Shown piece after piece: positions 16,766 through 26,030 of a stretch of DNA of 64,000 nt. Source of the stretch: Patescibacteria group bacterium. Its GTDB lineage: Bacteria; Patescibacteriota; Patescibacteriia; Patescibacteriales; UBA12465. Below the pieces are notes generated by a model. The model did no database searches and had not been told where the DNA came from. It saw only the letters and a list, made by a program, of their open reading frames with translations. The DNA is taken from contig JBAZJV010000002.1 of assembly GCA_041651095.1 (NCBI GenBank), forward strand, positions 43,621-107,620, written 5' to 3'. The position numbers and the translations under genes are program-made. The first letter of the stretch is position 1. Every line of letters starts with the position of its first letter.

Positions 16766-17308
16766 TCAATCTGGTAATTCATAAATCCATCCCGGCTGCC
16801 AGGCTTTTTTGTTCCGCCAGTCCTCCTGCAGCGCCTGCTCCCAGGTCTTGCCGTTTATTAGCACTTCCAGAGCCAGCTGCGGCGCCTTATGCGCCAGTAC
16901 CGCGACGAAATGTCCGGAATAATCGGTTTTTAAAAAATCCAAAAAGCTTTTCAGCCGCTTAGCCACATCCATTAGGCTCTCACCGTGCGGGAACGCTTCA
17001 CTGATATGAGCTGCGTAATCGACTAAGCGCTCATCCGCCTGCGTCAGGTCGCCGTAATTTATTTCTCTGAGCCGCTCATCGGGGATAATCGGATAAAATC
17101 CTTTGAAGCCGAGTTCGGCCGAATCGACCGCTCGTTTCAGGTCGGAACAGAATAGCGGGCTGAAATCGCGTTCTTTGACCTGCGCCGGCAAAGCCTTAGC
17201 CTGGCGGATGCCCAATTCCGAAAGCTCGCCGGGCGCCCAGCCGGTGGATCTGCCGGCTTCGTTGTCGGTCGTGGTGCCGTGAACGAAATAGATGATTCTG
17301 ACGCTCAT
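16766..17308 (-). CDS. Histidine phosphatase superfamily protein (phosphoglycerate-mutase-like)
   Basis: 180 aa with N-terminal IIYFVHGTTTDNE, which is a variant of the RHG motif. It also has SDLKRA and HKAP. Confidence 0.55.
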   Translation of the reverse strand: MSVRIIYFVHGTTTDNEAGRSTGWAPGELSELGIRQAKALPAQVKERDFSPLFCSDLKRAVDSAELGFKGFYPIIPDERLREINYGDLTQADERLVDYAAHISEAFPHGESLMDVAKRLKSFLDFLKTDYSGHFVAVLAHKAPQLALEVLINGKTWEQALQEDWRNKKAWQPGWIYELPD

Positions 17309-17502
17309 AATTTAAACAGCTTGAATAGGCCTATATACCGTCATTTTAGGCCTAAAATGGTAAAAAATCAATCGGTATTGGTCAAATCCGCGGCCAATTT
17401 GCCAATATCCAGGCGACAATTTGACAATAAATGGCAGAAATTATAGGATAATTAGTCGTACTTTGAAAATAATCGTTAACTAAATATAGAGGGACCAAAA
17501 AA

Positions 17503-18237
17503 ATGGAATCCATAATCAAGGCATTTTGCGCGGCCATAGAAAAATTCATGGTCGAAACCCGCGATCGTTGTCTGGCCAACCAAGGCAGTACTACCGTGGA
17601 ACAAGTGTTTTCACTCCATGAGAGATATGGCATTTACACGCATCCGCAGATTTTCCTGTTGATACATGGCGCCAGGCACGCCACGATGGGCGATAAAAAC
17701 ATGGAAAAGACGCACCTGATCTTAAACAGCATCATCGACGATCCCGTCTTTCGGGAATCTGCCTGCAGTTGGGCGGAAATCCACTCGCATGTAAAATATC
17801 GCTTTCCGAAAGATGTTTATGACCAAGCCGGCGAGCTGCGGACGGTCATCAGGAAGGTCCTGGAAGCGAGCGAACTCCGGACATCCAGCGGCAAGGTTTT
17901 AGAGATGCGGCTGACCGAACTACAATCTGGCGTTCGTCTAACCCTTCTGGCTTTAGGCTGGCTGGATTGGATGAGTAAAGCCATACCGATCTTACGGATC
18001 TTCGGCAACGGGCATGAAAATTATCCATACTGGTCCAGCGCCGACTACTTCATCAAATTCATGCCTGCCCTGAACCAGCACATCAGTCTTCTGCGCCAAG
18101 CGCTGATCAGCGACTTGAAAAGCGTCGGCAAGAAGCACTATAGCTGGTATGAATCTACTAGCCAGGAAATGGCTAGATATTTAAAAGAATATAACAGCAT
18201 CATCTTCCTGCCAATTCTGAAAGATAATAATCGCTGA
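17503..18237 (+). CDS. Hypothetical protein
   Basis: A 244-aa ORF followed by a strong intrinsic terminator. I recognise no motif. Confidence 0.5.
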   Translation: MESIIKAFCAAIEKFMVETRDRCLANQGSTTVEQVFSLHERYGIYTHPQIFLLIHGARHATMGDKNMEKTHLILNSIIDDPVFRESACSWAEIHSHVKYRFPKDVYDQAGELRTVIRKVLEASELRTSSGKVLEMRLTELQSGVRLTLLALGWLDWMSKAIPILRIFGNGHENYPYWSSADYFIKFMPALNQHISLLRQALISDLKSVGKKHYSWYESTSQEMARYLKEYNSIIFLPILKDNNR

Positions 18238-18250
18238 CCCACGATTAATA

Positions 18251-18285
18251 AGGGAATCTGAACAGATTCCCTTTTTTATTTTTTA
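18251..18285 (+). terminator. Rho-independent terminator
   Basis: agggaatc-tgaaca-gattccct followed by ttttttatttttt. Confidence 0.75.
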
Positions 18286-18301
18286 AAATTGATCGGAGCC
18301 G

Positions 18302-18868
18302 CTAAGCGAACAGCTGATTCTCCAGCGGCCGCAGCGCCGCGATTACGAAATCGATATGCTCATCGCGATCTGGGCCTAATTCAGCAATCCCTTGCTCGAT
18401 ATCGGCGCGGCTCACCTTGGCGGCGAATTTCTTGTCTTTGAGTTTCTTCTTCACCGTGCTGGCGTCCATGGAAGCAAAGCGATCCGGCCGCATATAGGCG
18501 CAGGCGACCAGGAATCCGCAAAGTTCGTCGCAGGCGAACAAGCACTTGGCCAGCTGGCCCTCTCTGGCGACGCCAGTATATTGGGCATGCCCTAAGATTG
18601 CTTCGATAATCTCGGCCGGATAACCGGCCGCCTGCAAGACTTTAACGCCTTCATAAGGGTGCCCGGACTTGGCCGCAGAGTCATAAGTCGGATAGCGCTC
18701 ATAGTCAAAGTCGTGGATCAAGCCGCAATTACCCCAGGTTTCGGCATCGGCGCCGTATTTTTGGGCATAGGCGCGCATGGCCGCTTCCACGCAGAGCATA
18801 TGCTTACGCAAGCTGTCAGACTGGACCCACTCTGACATGAGTTTATAGGTATCTTCACGATTGGGCAT
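18302..18868 (-). CDS. HD-domain phosphohydrolase
   Basis: 188 aa with LRKHMLCVEAAMRAYA and GLIHDFDYE (HD motif). Confidence 0.75.
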   Translation of the reverse strand: MPNREDTYKLMSEWVQSDSLRKHMLCVEAAMRAYAQKYGADAETWGNCGLIHDFDYERYPTYDSAAKSGHPYEGVKVLQAAGYPAEIIEAILGHAQYTGVAREGQLAKCLFACDELCGFLVACAYMRPDRFASMDASTVKKKLKDKKFAAKVSRADIEQGIAELGPDRDEHIDFVIAALRPLENQLFA

Positions 18869-18872
18869 AAAT

Positions 18873-20414
18873 TTAATATTTAGATTTTAACACCTTAATG
18901 ATACCCCGAGTGGCATCAACTTCCACCAGATCTCCGTCGTGCAAAGCCTTGACCGCAATTTTGGCTCCGATAATACAAGGCTTACCTAACTCCCGGGCTA
19001 CAATCGCCGCATGCGAAGTAATGCCGCCTTCATCAGTAACAATTGCTATGGCGCGGCGCATCGCCGGCACAAAATCAGGTGTAGTCATAGCCGTTACCAA
19101 AATATCACCTGATTTAAGCTTGCCAATCTCCGTGGATAGCCGGCAAATCTTGACCGCGCCGCGTACCAGGCCGGGTGAGGCAGTCTGGCCCTTGATTTCT
19201 CTGGCTCGTTCGACTTTAGCTAAAAGATGGTTAACTCTGATGAAACGTTTAGCCGCCCGACCGGTTAACCAATAATATCGCTTATTCCTGATAATTAGGA
19301 CATAGCCTTTCTCTCTGGCAATCAGATCTTGCCTCAGCCGGCCGTCTAAACGGCCAGACCGTAGGGCATCGGCAATTTCTATTTCGCTCAAATAATCCAG
19401 ATATTTATCGGCTAATTGTAGACGGCGACCAATTTCCCGCTTAACCACCAATTGCAAAATCGGATGACTTCTGGTCTGAGTCACTTTTTTTAATTCCTGG
19501 AGATAAGAAAGTTTGCGCAGAGCATAAGTCAAGTTCTTCAGACCGACCGGTAAAGACAACGGCTGAAAAGCTTGATCGCGTCTCTTCATCCTGACCCTGA
19601 TTTCTTGTCGCTTGGCCTGACGTAGCCGAGCCGGATCATTTTTCAACATTACATTTAGCCGTCGCAAAAAGTCTTTCTCTCCCCAGACGATTCCGGTGCG
19701 GTAACCGAAAGGCAGAGATTCATAAGATCGAAGATGACGGAGCCAGGCGGCACGGAGACCAGGCGGCAAATTTTTAGCCGCTGACAACTTTTTTATTTGC
19801 AATTTTTGGAGCTTAATAGCGATATTTAAAAGCGACGATTCTTCCTTAAAGTTCTCGCTCTGGTATTCTAATGGTTCAATAATGGTCGCCAGCAATTGTT
19901 CAGTGTCTAACTCGGGATAATTGGCTGCCAAATAATGCCTCAATTTTTCTTCGGCAGCAATGGCTCCCAACCACCAGGCCGGCGTATTTTTAAGATGATA
20001 ATCTAGATATTTCCGAACATAAAGCAGATAATGTTCGGCGATCTCCTGGTTGCTTAATGAACCGATAATCTGCTGGCCTAGGTTGCGACTTATATAATCA
20101 TATAAACCATTAGTCTGGCCTTCCGACCAACGGATAAGCCGATCTAAATAACCGGGTTGACGCTGGAATTTTTCTACCAACCGGGAACTGAATTCAAGAT
20201 AGTCGGCTTGGGATTCCATCGCCACCTCCAGATCTTTCTCGTCGCTAACATCTATCACCGATTTCAGACCGGCGCCATAGATATGTCTACATTTCCGGCC
20301 GGTCGCATAAGCAACAGTATAAACCGACGGGAAAAGAGCGATCGTATCTTTCGGGCGCGCGCGCCAAGCCTGCAGGGATAATCTTTGACAATATTTTTTA
20401 GTTAGATCGGGCAT
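18873..20414 (-). CDS. PEP-utilizing-enzyme swivel (phosphohistidine) domain protein with an uncharacterised N-terminal region
   Basis: 513 aa. The C-terminal 90 aa read GDILVTAMTTPDFVPAMRRAIAIVTDEGGITSHAAIVARELGKPCIIG, the PEP_mobile motif with the catalytic His. I saw no ATP-grasp or PEP-binding TIM motifs. Confidence 0.7.
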   Translation of the reverse strand: MPDLTKKYCQRLSLQAWRARPKDTIALFPSVYTVAYATGRKCRHIYGAGLKSVIDVSDEKDLEVAMESQADYLEFSSRLVEKFQRQPGYLDRLIRWSEGQTNGLYDYISRNLGQQIIGSLSNQEIAEHYLLYVRKYLDYHLKNTPAWWLGAIAAEEKLRHYLAANYPELDTEQLLATIIEPLEYQSENFKEESSLLNIAIKLQKLQIKKLSAAKNLPPGLRAAWLRHLRSYESLPFGYRTGIVWGEKDFLRRLNVMLKNDPARLRQAKRQEIRVRMKRRDQAFQPLSLPVGLKNLTYALRKLSYLQELKKVTQTRSHPILQLVVKREIGRRLQLADKYLDYLSEIEIADALRSGRLDGRLRQDLIAREKGYVLIIRNKRYYWLTGRAAKRFIRVNHLLAKVERAREIKGQTASPGLVRGAVKICRLSTEIGKLKSGDILVTAMTTPDFVPAMRRAIAIVTDEGGITSHAAIVARELGKPCIIGAKIAVKALHDGDLVEVDATRGIIKVLKSKY

Positions 20415-20540
20415 ATTTAATATTATAACATATCGCTAAAATATGACGTAATTTACTAGATCAGTCAAATAAAAAATCGCCAGTTGATTCTGACGATTTA
20501 TCTGACTATTGTGTTTAGACTTCCCTTATAATAAAACCCG

Positions 20541-21071
20541 CTACTCCAAAGCGGCAGCCACATTCTCCGCCATGGTCTTAGTCGTCAAATATGGCAGCGC
20601 ATCAATATCCGGCCGGGATAGCCGGATCATGTCCAGGTCCGGACGGTACAGCAGATCGATACCGTTCATTCTTTCGCCAAGTTCCGCGAGACTTTGCAAT
20701 CTGCGGTGTTCTTCGCTGTCTATAACAAAGTCGACATCGCCGATTTGCGGCGATTTAGGATCGGGGCGGCGGATATATAGATAAGTATAGGTCGTTTCCG
20801 GCAGATCTCCGCGCGCCGGAATGGTGATCGACTCATGCAGGCGGAAATACTTTTGGTTCCAATTATCATTTCGATCAGTAAGTTTCTCGCGCAAAGCCGT
20901 TAAAAAAATAAATTCGTCATCATCATGACAAAAAATACCGATATTGCCGGCGACCGGCAAATAACGGCCCAGCGCCAGCTGGCACAGTTGAAAACAGGCA
21001 ATATGCGTGTATTCGATCGCCTTTCTTAACTCGGCTTCGCTTTTAATCGGACTGAATCTAAAATCTGACAT
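20541..21071 (-). CDS. Hypothetical protein
   Basis: A 176-aa ORF lying between the two swivel-domain paralogs. No motif recognised. Confidence 0.5.
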   Translation of the reverse strand: MSDFRFSPIKSEAELRKAIEYTHIACFQLCQLALGRYLPVAGNIGIFCHDDDEFIFLTALREKLTDRNDNWNQKYFRLHESITIPARGDLPETTYTYLYIRRPDPKSPQIGDVDFVIDSEEHRRLQSLAELGERMNGIDLLYRPDLDMIRLSRPDIDALPYLTTKTMAENVAAALE

Positions 21072-21086
21072 ATATTATTTCGACAC

Positions 21087-22178
21087 TTATCTATCGGCCG
21101 CCCGCTTGATTGTTTTTACTACTCCCCGTCCGGCCGCTACTTCCACCAGATCACCATCGTTTAAAACTTTAGTCGCAATCTTAGTTCCAATGAGACATGG
21201 CTTTTTTAATTCCCGGGCAACAATGGCGGCATGGCAGGTCAGACCGCCTTCGTCGGTAACAATAGCGGCCGCCTTTTTCATAGCTGAAATATATTCCGGC
21301 GAGGTCATCGGCGTTACTAAAATCTGACCTGTCTTAAAATCTTTGACTCCGAAAGAATTATATATTTTCTTGACGCGCCCAGTCACAACCGCGCCGGTGC
21401 AAGCCGTCACTCCTTTTATAATCTCCGCCTTATCAATCTGGGCTGCGTTAGCGACCAGCAGCCGACGGCGAGTGAGAAATTTAGCAAAACTTGTATCACG
21501 GCCTATTTTGCCATCGCTATAAATGTAACCTCTGGCCCGGCGATGCAAAACGCTCAAAGCCGGTAATTTTTGGCGCTCGACAAAATTCTTGATTTCTCGC
21601 ACGGTAAGCAGTCTCACATATTCCTCGGGGTATTTGGCTTTTTTTAATAACGGCCCCAGCCAGGCGCGCAGATATAAACCAACCAGCTTCAAGAGACCCT
21701 CGCTTTGCTCACGGCTATGCATTAACAACTTGAGGACTGGCTTGCCTTTGACTCCGTGTATTTTCAAAAAGTCTTCCCGCCAAGGTCCGGCGATGAAAAT
21801 GCCCAGAGGATAATAAGGGTACATCCGCTCAAACAAATTAGTCAAAAGAGCCAGATGGGCGGCCTGATTTTTGATCTTGCTTACCGGCACTTTGATAGCA
21901 GCACGCAACTCTTTAACTAATTTTAAAAACTCGCTTTGCACTTTAGGGGAAAAAATCGGATGGCTCAAAGGCTGCCTAACCAGAAAATTTCTCAGCTTGT
22001 CCATATCATCATAAAAACGATACCAATGGAAAGTCGCTCCGTCAAAATGGACGATTTGATCAGAAAGCCCCCGCCCCCAAATTCTGAGAGTATCAATAAC
22101 CAAGGAATTCCTAATAATTTCCTGTATCCATTGATCAAAATCACGGGTAAAAATTAAATTTATTTTTTGAGGTTTCAT
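21087..22178 (-). CDS. PEP-utilizing-enzyme swivel domain protein (paralog of 18873-20414)
   Basis: 363 aa with C-terminal GQILVTPMTSPEYISAMKKAAAIVTDEGGLTCHAAIVARELKKPCLIGTK. Confidence 0.7.
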   Translation of the reverse strand: MKPQKINLIFTRDFDQWIQEIIRNSLVIDTLRIWGRGLSDQIVHFDGATFHWYRFYDDMDKLRNFLVRQPLSHPIFSPKVQSEFLKLVKELRAAIKVPVSKIKNQAAHLALLTNLFERMYPYYPLGIFIAGPWREDFLKIHGVKGKPVLKLLMHSREQSEGLLKLVGLYLRAWLGPLLKKAKYPEEYVRLLTVREIKNFVERQKLPALSVLHRRARGYIYSDGKIGRDTSFAKFLTRRRLLVANAAQIDKAEIIKGVTACTGAVVTGRVKKIYNSFGVKDFKTGQILVTPMTSPEYISAMKKAAAIVTDEGGLTCHAAIVARELKKPCLIGTKIATKVLNDGDLVEVAAGRGVVKTIKRAADR

Positions 22179-22243
22179 ACAACGGGCTTATTTAATATCG
22201 CTTCTAGAATAACTGACAATATAATCATACCCCCATAAAACAC

Positions 22244-22272
22244 AAAAAACAAGGCGGATTGCCTTGTTTTTT
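22244..22272 (-). terminator. Rho-independent terminator (symmetrical)
   Basis: aaaaaacaaggc-ggatt-gccttgtttttt lies immediately 3' of the stop at 22275. Confidence 0.7.
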
Positions 22273-22274
22273 GA

Positions 22275-22673
22275 TTAAATTTCTATCAGCGGAATAGATT
22301 GCCTGGGAATCCGGCGGACTTTCACCCGCCGGTGTCCCTCTCGCATCAGCCTAACCAGGCGGTGGACGCCGTCCAATATTTCCAGCCGGCCGCCCGGGTT
22401 CTCAATAATATCTATCGGATAACGGATGTCGGCACTCAGCACGCGATCTTTATGATCAGGATAGGCTTCCAGATCTTCTAAAACCAGGCGAGGGCAAAGC
22501 CGGTATTTTACCCCTTCATGCGCCCAAAAGGGCAGATCCAGCTGCCACTCCAAAAGACTGGTCTCGATTTCTTCAACCGGCAGGTCCAAAGCCCAAATTT
22601 TCCGGTTATCCCAGTGGAAATCCACGCCTTGTTCGCGGATCTCGGGGGGTAATGTATCATAGTCGCGCCGCAT
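22275..22673 (-). CDS. ParB/Srx-fold (ParB N-terminal-like) domain protein
   Basis: 132 aa with LEILDGVHRLVRLMREG, which matches the DGxHR core of ParB-like nuclease/NTPase domains. Confidence 0.45.
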   Translation of the reverse strand: MRRDYDTLPPEIREQGVDFHWDNRKIWALDLPVEEIETSLLEWQLDLPFWAHEGVKYRLCPRLVLEDLEAYPDHKDRVLSADIRYPIDIIENPGGRLEILDGVHRLVRLMREGHRRVKVRRIPRQSIPLIEI

Positions 22674-22746
22674 GGAAATTTTACAAATTTTAGGTAATTA
22701 ATACCTATATTTTATCATAATTTCCTATTTTTCAACATCATTTCTA

Positions 22747-22755
22747 TGATATAAT
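22747..22755 (+). promoter_or_regulatory. Extended -10 box (TGaTATAAT) only 8 nt upstream of the ATG, suggesting a leaderless or near-leaderless transcript
   Basis: tgatataat lies at 22747-22755 and the ATG at 22764. No Shine-Dalgarno sequence could fit in between. Confidence 0.4.
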
Positions 22756-22763
22756 GAATACCT

Positions 22764-24122
22764 ATGAAGAAAGGCGTTTCGCTATTCATTCCCCTAATTT
22801 TAATAGCGGCCAGTCTGGCTTTAACTCTGTCCGAACCGGGTATTTATCGTACGGCTTTCGCCCAAACCGGACAGAATGCCGGCTGGGAGCAGGAACGACT
22901 GCAGTTACAACAGCAGCTTAAAGAAATAGAACAAGAAATCGCCGCCGCTGAAGCCTCTTTAGGTAAAGTCCGGTTCCAAAAAAATACCTTAGCCAATAAG
23001 ATCCAGCAATTGAAAATCAGGCAGGCCTCCCTGACTCTAAAAATCAAGGCTAGCTCCTTGCAACTGGAGCAATCTACTATCAGCCTGCTGCAAATCCAGG
23101 CTCAAATAGACCAGAATGCCGCGCAGGTTACCGCCGCCCAGGATCAGCTGGCCGCGGTCTTAAACAAGCTGTGGCAAGAGCGGCAGGTTTCGCTCTTCAA
23201 CCGGCTGCTGACGGCCGACAGTCTGGCCGGCTTCTTCAATGGCATGCATGATTTGGAAAATGTCAGCCGGGGCATCGCGGCCATGAGCCGGAAATTGCAA
23301 GACGAAAAAGCGGATTTGGAAAATAACCGGCAGTCCTTAGCCGAAGAGCAGCAGGCGCAAGCCAGTTTTTTCAACATCATTTCCCTGCAGAATTCCGAAC
23401 TGACGGCTAACCTCCAGGACCAAAATGATTTATTGCGGCAAACCAAGGGCCAGGAAGCTAATTACCAATCCCTGATCAAACAGAATCAAGCAACGGCTAA
23501 CGCTATCCGCGGCCGCATCTACAGCTTAATCGGCACCGCCCAACAAATTAATTTCGGCGAAGCCGTGCAAATCGCCACCTGGGCCTCTAGCCAGACCGGC
23601 GTCCGGCCGGCTTTCCTGCTGGCTATTCTGACCCAGGAATCAAATCTGGGCCGCAATGTCGGAACTTGCAACCGGGCCGGCGATCCGCCCAGCAAAAGTT
23701 GGCGCGTAGTGATGAAGCCGGAGCGCGATCAGGAGCCGTTCAAAAAAATAACCGGTGAGTTAGGTAAGAATATCGACACCACGCCGGTCTCCTGTCCGAT
23801 GCGCGATAAGAACGGCGATCAAGTCGGCTGGGGCGGCGCCATGGGCCCGGCCCAATTCATTCCCTCCACCTGGCTAGGCTATCGCGATAAGGTCAAGGCG
23901 ATTACCGGCCAAGCTGCCAATCCCTGGGATATCCGCGATGCCTTTTTGGCGGCCGCCATCAAGCTCAAAGCCGACGGCGGAGCCACGCCGAGCGGCGAAT
24001 GGGCGGCGGCGATGCGCTATTTCTCTGGCTCGGCCAATACCGCCTACCGTTTCTACGGCGACAACGTCGTCGCCATGGCAGATAAATACCAAAGCGATAT
24101 CGATGAGTTGAATAAAAAATAG
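22764..24122 (+). CDS. Secreted coiled-coil protein with a C-terminal lytic transglycosylase (SLT-like) domain
   Basis: 452 aa with a signal/TM N-terminus and a long Gln/Leu-rich coiled coil. It has LLAILTQESNLG (catalytic Glu-Ser) and GAMGPAQFIPSTW. Confidence 0.7.
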   Translation: MKKGVSLFIPLILIAASLALTLSEPGIYRTAFAQTGQNAGWEQERLQLQQQLKEIEQEIAAAEASLGKVRFQKNTLANKIQQLKIRQASLTLKIKASSLQLEQSTISLLQIQAQIDQNAAQVTAAQDQLAAVLNKLWQERQVSLFNRLLTADSLAGFFNGMHDLENVSRGIAAMSRKLQDEKADLENNRQSLAEEQQAQASFFNIISLQNSELTANLQDQNDLLRQTKGQEANYQSLIKQNQATANAIRGRIYSLIGTAQQINFGEAVQIATWASSQTGVRPAFLLAILTQESNLGRNVGTCNRAGDPPSKSWRVVMKPERDQEPFKKITGELGKNIDTTPVSCPMRDKNGDQVGWGGAMGPAQFIPSTWLGYRDKVKAITGQAANPWDIRDAFLAAAIKLKADGGATPSGEWAAAMRYFSGSANTAYRFYGDNVVAMADKYQSDIDELNKK

Positions 24123-24136
24123 GCCGAAAGGGCCTA
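24120..24136 (+). terminator. Weak hairpin overlapping the stop codon
   Basis: taggcc-gaaag-ggccta, with no T-tract. Confidence 0.3.
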
Positions 24137-24204
24137 CAAACACAACTTTTATCTAGTATAAAATTCTCAAAATGGTACTATTTTATTAAGAAATTTAATC
24201 ACTA

Positions 24205-24813
24205 TTATACTTTAATTTTATACCACCTCGAATCTCTTATGTTTTTGATCTTTATACCCACAGAGCCAACTGACAGTTTGCTAATATTTTGTAAATAGTC
24301 GAATAACTGCTGTTTTGGGGCATTTGGCATAAAATAATACTCTTCTTTATGAATAATATTCAATACACCTTCTTTCAGTGAGTTATAATTTTTTTCATCA
24401 CCGTTAGCCTTTTCCGCCCAATCAAAGATGTGATTCTGCGCTACGCGCGATTTTTGATCCATCGCTGTAATCAGATAAGATTTTATTAACTTTATAGATT
24501 CCTCTGCCAATGAACAAGATTTAAAAAAATCGGATATTTTGTTGATTTCATTGCTATCAAAATTTTTTACAAATAGGTGTTGCAACTCATTCCAGTGATT
24601 TGAGGGTAAAATATAACTATAATCACTTATTGCCTTACTTTCTTTTATTTTTTTAATTTCTCTTTCTGCAGTATAAATTTCATTTAACAGAATATTTGCG
24701 GCCTCAATTTTTTTATCTCTCTTGCTATATAAATAAACCAGCCAAGCTACTAAGCCGGTAAATATGGTAGCTAAACCATTAAATAAATTTTCGAAAAAAT
24801 AATCCATACACAC
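24205..24813 (-). CDS. Hypothetical N-terminally membrane-anchored protein, third gene of the TA islet
   Basis: 202 aa, AT-rich. It has one N-terminal TM helix (LFNGLATIFTGLVAWLVYLY). The track start is a GTG sharing nt 24813 with the toxin stop; an ATG at 24807 is a plausible alternative. Confidence 0.5.
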   Translation of the reverse strand: MCMDYFFENLFNGLATIFTGLVAWLVYLYSKRDKKIEAANILLNEIYTAEREIKKIKESKAISDYSYILPSNHWNELQHLFVKNFDSNEINKISDFFKSCSLAEESIKLIKSYLITAMDQKSRVAQNHIFDWAEKANGDEKNYNSLKEGVLNIIHKEEYYFMPNAPKQQLFDYLQNISKLSVGSVGIKIKNIRDSRWYKIKV

Positions 24814-25196
24814 TATAGCCTATCAATGTTTGGCACACTACCTAAATAATTCTTTATTCTATCTTTATTTTCATTTTCTTTATCGCTTTTATAGTATATT
24901 TCGAACCAAACTACTTTTTGAGTAGATGGACACCAGGTGTAAATTACTCTTATTCCACTTTGGTTACCCCTTCCCTTTAATGATTTACAGGCAAATTTTT
25001 TTATTTTCCAGAAGCTGACCATATTGCAAACACAACCCGGAATTTCAAAAGTACTCATGTTATTGATGTTTTTTAAGTGCCGTAATTCAATGACCGCCTT
25101 TTTGACGGTTTCCAAATCATCCGGTAAGGAAGGGAATCTTCTCATCAGCTTTTTTAAGTCTTTTTTAAACTCGTCTGACTCTTCATATTCAATCAT
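24813..25196 (-). CDS. RelE/ParE-superfamily-like toxin
   Basis: 127 aa. The pattern DEFKKDLKKLMRRFPSLPDDLE ... GNQSGIRVIYTW...VVWFEIYYKSDKEN resembles RelE/HigB-type mRNA interferases. It overlaps the upstream antitoxin gene by 8 nt. Confidence 0.55.
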   Translation of the reverse strand: MIEYEESDEFKKDLKKLMRRFPSLPDDLETVKKAVIELRHLKNINNMSTFEIPGCVCNMVSFWKIKKFACKSLKGRGNQSGIRVIYTWCPSTQKVVWFEIYYKSDKENENKDRIKNYLGSVPNIDRL

Positions 25197-25953
25197 AACT
25201 TCTAACCGAAAAATCAGGCGTGCGGTAGAAAACGGCTTCGTAATCTATGACAGACTGTTCTTCTGCGGTTATCCAAGGCACATCTCGATGGGAATATTCT
25301 TCCATCTCCTTGGCATTTTTATCAGATAATCTAGCCAAAACCCAATCTATGTGCTTTTGTTCTTCTGCTGTAATAAGAGACAAGTCTGGATTCCGTAATG
25401 GCAAATACTTTTTTTGTTGATATTTATATCTTTGTCTGATGGCAGGGGTAATTTCCTCTTTTTCTTCCATCTCTGCGATAATTCTGGTAAACGCCGCGGG
25501 GGTTGGCCCATGATGATTTTTTATATATACAGCACCCATTAATTGTTTCTCGTATCTTTCATAAAAATCAAAATCAATAAAATACATAAGCTTACAAAGG
25601 ACGCTCTCGCCTATATTAGGCTTCGCCCCTATCCGCCCAAGAACATACAGAAGGACTTCTTTAAATTTTTTCATATTCTTCTCTGGCACGGAAATTCGCA
25701 TGCTCGACATTTTATTTGTTTTAGTTTTCTCTTTTTTAACTACCAATACTGGTGCTGGCGGTACTCTATTAGCGATAAAATCGGTAAAAGAGATACTTAA
25801 AAAATCGGCTAACTTTTCCGCTTGTGAAACTGTAAGATCTTTTTCCCCTTTTTCTATTTCACTAAAAGACGGCCTTGAAACATTAATTAATTTGGCTAAT
25901 TCATCTTGAGAATAACCATGCTCTTTTCTTAACTGTTCAATTATAGTAATCAT
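25189..25953 (-). CDS. XRE-family HTH fused to a Panacea (DUF4065, SocA/PanA-like) antitoxin domain
   Basis: 254 aa. The N-terminal HTH reads QDELAKLINVSRPSFSEIEKGEKDLTVSQAEKLADFL. The C-terminal region reads LLYVLGRIGAKPNIGESVLCKLMYFIDFDFYERYEKQLMGAVYIKNHHGPTP, typical of DUF4065. Confidence 0.75.
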   Translation of the reverse strand: MITIIEQLRKEHGYSQDELAKLINVSRPSFSEIEKGEKDLTVSQAEKLADFLSISFTDFIANRVPPAPVLVVKKEKTKTNKMSSMRISVPEKNMKKFKEVLLYVLGRIGAKPNIGESVLCKLMYFIDFDFYERYEKQLMGAVYIKNHHGPTPAAFTRIIAEMEEKEEITPAIRQRYKYQQKKYLPLRNPDLSLITAEEQKHIDWVLARLSDKNAKEMEEYSHRDVPWITAEEQSVIDYEAVFYRTPDFSVRSYD

Positions 25954-25993
25954 AGCTTAATTATTTATATAATTATTATAACTATTGCAAAAA

Positions 25994-26030
25994 ATATTGT
26001 CAATATGTATGTTAATTATATTAACAATAT
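25994..26030. promoter_or_regulatory. Imperfect inverted repeat, candidate operator for the XRE-Panacea protein
   Basis: atattgtcaat (25994-26004) pairs with attaacaatat (26020-26030) with one mismatch, 40-75 nt upstream of the antitoxin start. Confidence 0.35.

Noticed and set aside
17382-17633. An 83-aa minus-strand ORF overlapping the start of the 244-aa plus-strand gene.
   Set aside because: It spans an intergenic promoter-like region, has an odd composition and overlaps a longer ORF that has its own terminator. It is likely spurious.
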